A stretch of 29,478 nt of DNA from Thermoproteota archaeon (lineage in GTDB: Archaea; Korarchaeota; Korarchaeia; Korarchaeales; Korarchaeaceae), in contig JAOZGP010000012.1 in the NCBI GenBank assembly GCA_027491735.1, positions 1 to 29,478 of the forward strand, written 5' to 3'. Shown one piece after another: positions 26,303 through 29,478 of the stretch. The first letter of the stretch is position 1; each line of letters starts with the position of its first letter. Under the pieces are notes generated by a model, which was given only the letters and a program-made list of their open reading frames with translations, was not told where the DNA came from and searched no databases. The translations under genes and the position numbers were made by a program.

Positions 26303-26671
26303 ATTTATGGTAAAAGACGTCTACAAATTCGTACCTCATAACCTCAAGCACGAACGACAAAAAGATATGGGATGTACTCTCTGATTCTGGTCATGGCGCT
26401 GTTGCAGCTAATTTGCTGAATATTTATGTAGCTTTTACATATCTACTAAAAAATGTGAATGGAACTTTGAGCTGCTTTGTCGAACAAATATCCGAAGATC
26501 TTGGTTACCAATCCATTTGAATTAAAGCTTGAGAACCGGCTCTTTTTCATCATGAGATTGGAGCGATCCTACGGCTTCTTTGCCATTTTAACGTTTTTAT
26601 GTACGATTTTTGAAAAATTGTTTTCGATAAAACATACTGAGAAATAGGTAGCTGTTCCCATGTAGCAAGAG

Positions 26672-26678
26672 TTTATAA
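26672..26678 (+). promoter_or_regulatory. TATA box of the PadR fusion gene (likely leaderless)
   Basis: Purine-rich CAAGAG followed by TTTATAA, 23-29 nt upstream of GTG 26701. Confidence 0.55.
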
Positions 26679-26700
26679 GATTTGTCAAGACGGTCTCCGA

Positions 26701-27492
26701 GTGAGGAAGGAGGTTGTAAGGAAGATAATCCTGGAGTTCCTGGAAGACGACCGCATGCACGGCTACCGCATTTATAAGAACCTTGTAACCTCAGGATGGA
26801 ACGTGGAGCTCGGATATCTCTATGAACTTCTCGGCGAGATGGAAAGGGAGGGAGTGGTGAAATCCAAGAAGGAGAAGAGCTCCAGAGGTCCTCCTAGGAG
26901 AGTTTATAGCCTAACGGATGAGGGGAGGGAGGAACTCAGGTCTCATTTGAGATTGGAGATGGAGGACCTCCTCTCCAGGTTCTTTCGCAGAAACCTGATA
27001 AGGGAGGGATTCGTAAGGCCTGAGGGCAGAGCTGTAGCTCTGCTCTCGGCTGCTCCCTCAACATTCAGGGATGAGGTGCTGATAAAGCGCATGCTGGAGA
27101 AAGTCGAGCTCGTCTACTACATAAGGAAGGAGAGGGATCACTCCTTCGCATATGGGAAAGTGAGAAATATGGCATTTTTGGGAGATAGAATCCCCCTCAG
27201 CGACTCCTCAGTGGACTATGTGCTCCTGATGGATATGAACAGGATGTACCCAAGCGTATACCATGAGATATACCGGACCCTGAGAAGTGGGGGAAAGTTC
27301 GAGGGAGTTACACTTTTCTGGAGTGAAGTGATCAGGAGATCGATCGTGCTCAGGTACCTTGCCGAGATACTTGAGAAGGACAAATGTTTCAGCATACTGG
27401 ACATCAGGAAAGTGAAGGAACATCTAAAGAAGTTCTCCAGGGTGGAGTTCAAAAAGTTCGGCGAGATACTCGTCGTCAGGGCCGTGAAGTAG
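26701..27492 (+). CDS. PadR-family regulator fused to a degenerate class I methyltransferase-like domain
   Basis: MHGYRI...GYLY.LL..MEREG.V.S......GPPRRVYSLTDEGREEL (PadR); IPLSDSSVDYV...EIYRTLRSGG (methyltransferase post-II/III-like motifs). Confidence 0.8.
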   Translation: MRKEVVRKIILEFLEDDRMHGYRIYKNLVTSGWNVELGYLYELLGEMEREGVVKSKKEKSSRGPPRRVYSLTDEGREELRSHLRLEMEDLLSRFFRRNLIREGFVRPEGRAVALLSAAPSTFRDEVLIKRMLEKVELVYYIRKERDHSFAYGKVRNMAFLGDRIPLSDSSVDYVLLMDMNRMYPSVYHEIYRTLRSGGKFEGVTLFWSEVIRRSIVLRYLAEILEKDKCFSILDIRKVKEHLKKFSRVEFKKFGEILVVRAVK

Positions 27493-27495
27493 AGT

Positions 27496-28068
27496 TCAAT
27501 CTAGAAGACTCAGAAGCTCTCTCTCATCTCCTATGGTCGTTGCCTCCCCGTGACCTGGGAGAATGAGGATATCCGGATCAAGTGAGAGGATCCTCTTCAG
27601 CGAACGGATCATATCTCTCCTCTCTCCTCCTGGTAGGTCGGTCCTACCGAAGATCCCCTTGAAGATTGTATCTCCTGTGAACAGGATCCCACCAATCAGA
27701 AAGCAGCAGCTTCCAGGTGTGTGGCCCGGGGTATGAAGGACCTCTATTCTCACCCATCCCAGATCTATTATCCCCTCGCTCAAATCCCCATCCACTTGAG
27801 GTACTGGTCCCTCAATCCCGAAGAACTTGCCGAAGTTCCAGAATTCTGCCAGAAGTTCGCGGTCCATGGGGTGCATGTACGCCTTGGCCCCCCTTCTTCT
27901 GAGCAACTCCAGATTAGCCACGTGGTCGAAGTGTGCGTGGGTCAAGAGCACAAGCTCCACATCAATGTCGATGCGAGGGCCAGCGTCCACGAGCATCCTT
28001 CTTTTCCCATCAGTCACCAGGTACGAGAGGCTGTCCAGAGGTCCCCCACTTATCCTCCTGACGATCAC
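27496..28068 (-). CDS. MBL-fold hydrolase (glyoxalase II/YcbL-like)
   Basis: THAHFDH, HTPGHTPGS, FTGDT, GRTDLPGG and PGHG motifs. Confidence 0.93.
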   Translation of the reverse strand: MIVRRISGGPLDSLSYLVTDGKRRMLVDAGPRIDIDVELVLLTHAHFDHVANLELLRRRGAKAYMHPMDRELLAEFWNFGKFFGIEGPVPQVDGDLSEGIIDLGWVRIEVLHTPGHTPGSCCFLIGGILFTGDTIFKGIFGRTDLPGGERRDMIRSLKRILSLDPDILILPGHGEATTIGDERELLSLLD

Positions 28069-28259
28069 AGATCCTCATGTGGAAGTGAAGCTAATAAATC
28101 ATGTCGACTGTCCAATGCTCATTGTTCCAGACTGTGTATCTCTCAATCAGCCGCTCAGCGTCCTCAGCTGACGGTGTTCTCGGCTCTAACTCTCTGATCA
28201 ACAACCTACTGCCGCGCCGCCGAGATAGGATAAAATATGTGAAGCACTCCTGTTCCTTG

Positions 28260-29306
28260 ATGAGGGTGTTGCTCGTCGGAGCCCATCATCCTGGAGTAGG
28301 AGGGGCGCAGCTGTACTCCTCCCACCTCAGCAGGGAGCTCACGAGGATGGGACACAGGGTGGAGGTTCTTAGCTACAGGGGTGCTGAACCTTTCTCAGGA
28401 GAGGTTGTCCACAACCTAGAAGTGCCCGACGTTCCTGTCCTGAGAGGGGCCATGTTCGTGAAGAAGGCCTCTTCATGGATCTCCAAGAACGCTGAAAGGT
28501 TCGACCTGATCGTAGCTAACTATGCTAAGACCTCTGGCGCTGCCCTCGGCATGGCGGGAGTTGAAGGTGTGGTCGTCTTCCATGGAACAGACGTCAGGAT
28601 GAACCCTCTGCTGAAAAAATATGTATCAAGTGCTTTGGGACGTGGAAGGGCTGTAGCCGTGAGCAGATACCTCGCTGAGATCGTGAGGGAGGAGTTCGGA
28701 GTGAGATCGAAGGTCATACCAGGTGCTGTGGATAAGGAACTCTTTGAGAACTTGCCCGGTAGAGAGGAGTGCAGGAGGATCCTCGGACTGGGAGATGGAC
28801 CTCTTGTGTTGACTGTGGCTTCGTTGGTTCCAGTGAAGGGAGTTGATGACGTCCTGAGGGTAGCCTCCAAGGTCAGGGTCACCTTTCTCGTGGCTGGAGA
28901 TGGACCTCTCAGAGGAGAGCTCGAGAGAACGGCCAGGAAGATGGGGGTCAACGTCAGGTTCCTGGGCTACGTGGATCATGGGAAGCTTCCGATTCTCATG
29001 AGAGCATGCGACCTATTGCTCCACATGCCAAGGTTCGAGGGTTACGGGCTCGTGGTGCTGGAGGCCCTGGCCTCCGGGACCCCAGTGGTCGCCAGGAGGG
29101 TAGGGGCCATACCTGAGATCCTAGTAGATGGTGGGGTCCTCGTCAATTCTGTAGAGGAGGCTGCCTCAGCAGTTGAGGACTTGCTGGAAAACAGGGGGAG
29201 ACTTGAGAGCATGAGAGATGTTGCCAGGAGAAGGATTCTCTCGAGGACATGGACTGATGTAGCCCGAGAGTTTGTTGAGCTTTATCTTAGGGATTTATCA
29301 TTCTGA
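28260..29306 (+). CDS. Glycosyltransferase family 4
   Basis: MRVLLV...GGAQ, VKGV, AGDGP and EGYGLVVLEALASGTPVV motifs. ATG 28260 is preferred over 28101. Confidence 0.92.
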   Translation: MRVLLVGAHHPGVGGAQLYSSHLSRELTRMGHRVEVLSYRGAEPFSGEVVHNLEVPDVPVLRGAMFVKKASSWISKNAERFDLIVANYAKTSGAALGMAGVEGVVVFHGTDVRMNPLLKKYVSSALGRGRAVAVSRYLAEIVREEFGVRSKVIPGAVDKELFENLPGREECRRILGLGDGPLVLTVASLVPVKGVDDVLRVASKVRVTFLVAGDGPLRGELERTARKMGVNVRFLGYVDHGKLPILMRACDLLLHMPRFEGYGLVVLEALASGTPVVARRVGAIPEILVDGGVLVNSVEEAASAVEDLLENRGRLESMRDVARRRILSRTWTDVAREFVELYLRDLSF

Positions 29307-29478
29307 GAGGTTTTATTCCAGCTCTTATGAGGCGGGTCATGACGGAGGGATAGGGGTTCAGCGGACATATCCTTCTGTAGATATGCGTTCACCTTGGGAC
29401 ACATAAACCTCAGCCCCTCTGGGTTAATCGGGAGCGTATCATCGGTCTCGTCCCCTTTCAGGGTAGCCCCACTTCTTC

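Larger units (their letters stand above)
25287..26614. mobile_element. AT-rich, decayed, horizontally acquired island
   Basis: Visibly more AT-rich than the flanks, with TA and SpoIIM remnants. Bracketed by a 14/16 inverted repeat (25287-25302 / 26599-26614). No transposase or integrase. Confidence 0.5.

Noticed and set aside
29283-29478. Open minus-strand frame running off the window end
   Set aside because: No recognisable motif, and the true frame cannot be determined without the adjacent sequence.
1-29478. CRISPR array, tRNA, rRNA, transposase or integrase
   Set aside because: No regularly spaced repeats, cloverleaf/T-loop signatures or recombinase motifs were seen by eye; tRNAscan-SE and Infernal would be needed to exclude them formally.

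Overview
Gene-dense 29.5-kb window, most likely from a thermophilic archaeon. AGG/AGA/ATA codon use, TATA boxes ~25-30 nt upstream of starts, UPF0282, a crenarchaeal-type Trm112 and a SAMP/E1 pair suggest the TACK group; that assignment is an inference. It carries ~28 intact genes. Signalling/regulation: GvpD/KaiC-like double-domain ATPase with a small partner, an ArsR-like fusion regulator, and a PadR-methyltransferase-like fusion. Metabolism: E1 (ThiF/MoeB), Ubl (MoaD/SAMP), isoaspartyl peptidase, pyrF-pyrD, UPF0282-tldD-pmbA, glnA, a metallophosphoesterase, a GNAT, DUF72, Trm112, an MBL hydrolase and a GT4. Membrane/surface: MFS, CPA2, EamA and FeoAB transporters, plus a glycosylated surface stalk protein. 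Several intergenic gaps hold decayed genes missed by the ORF track: a pyruvate kinase remnant, a frameshifted macrodomain, and an AT-rich ~1.3-kb island. The island has a SpoIIM/DUF95 remnant, hicB, a frameshifted hicA and a putative bacteriocin-like precursor remnant, and is bracketed by an imperfect 16-bp inverted repeat. No rRNA, tRNA, CRISPR array or transposase was recognised. All family calls come from motif recognition by eye, not database searches.
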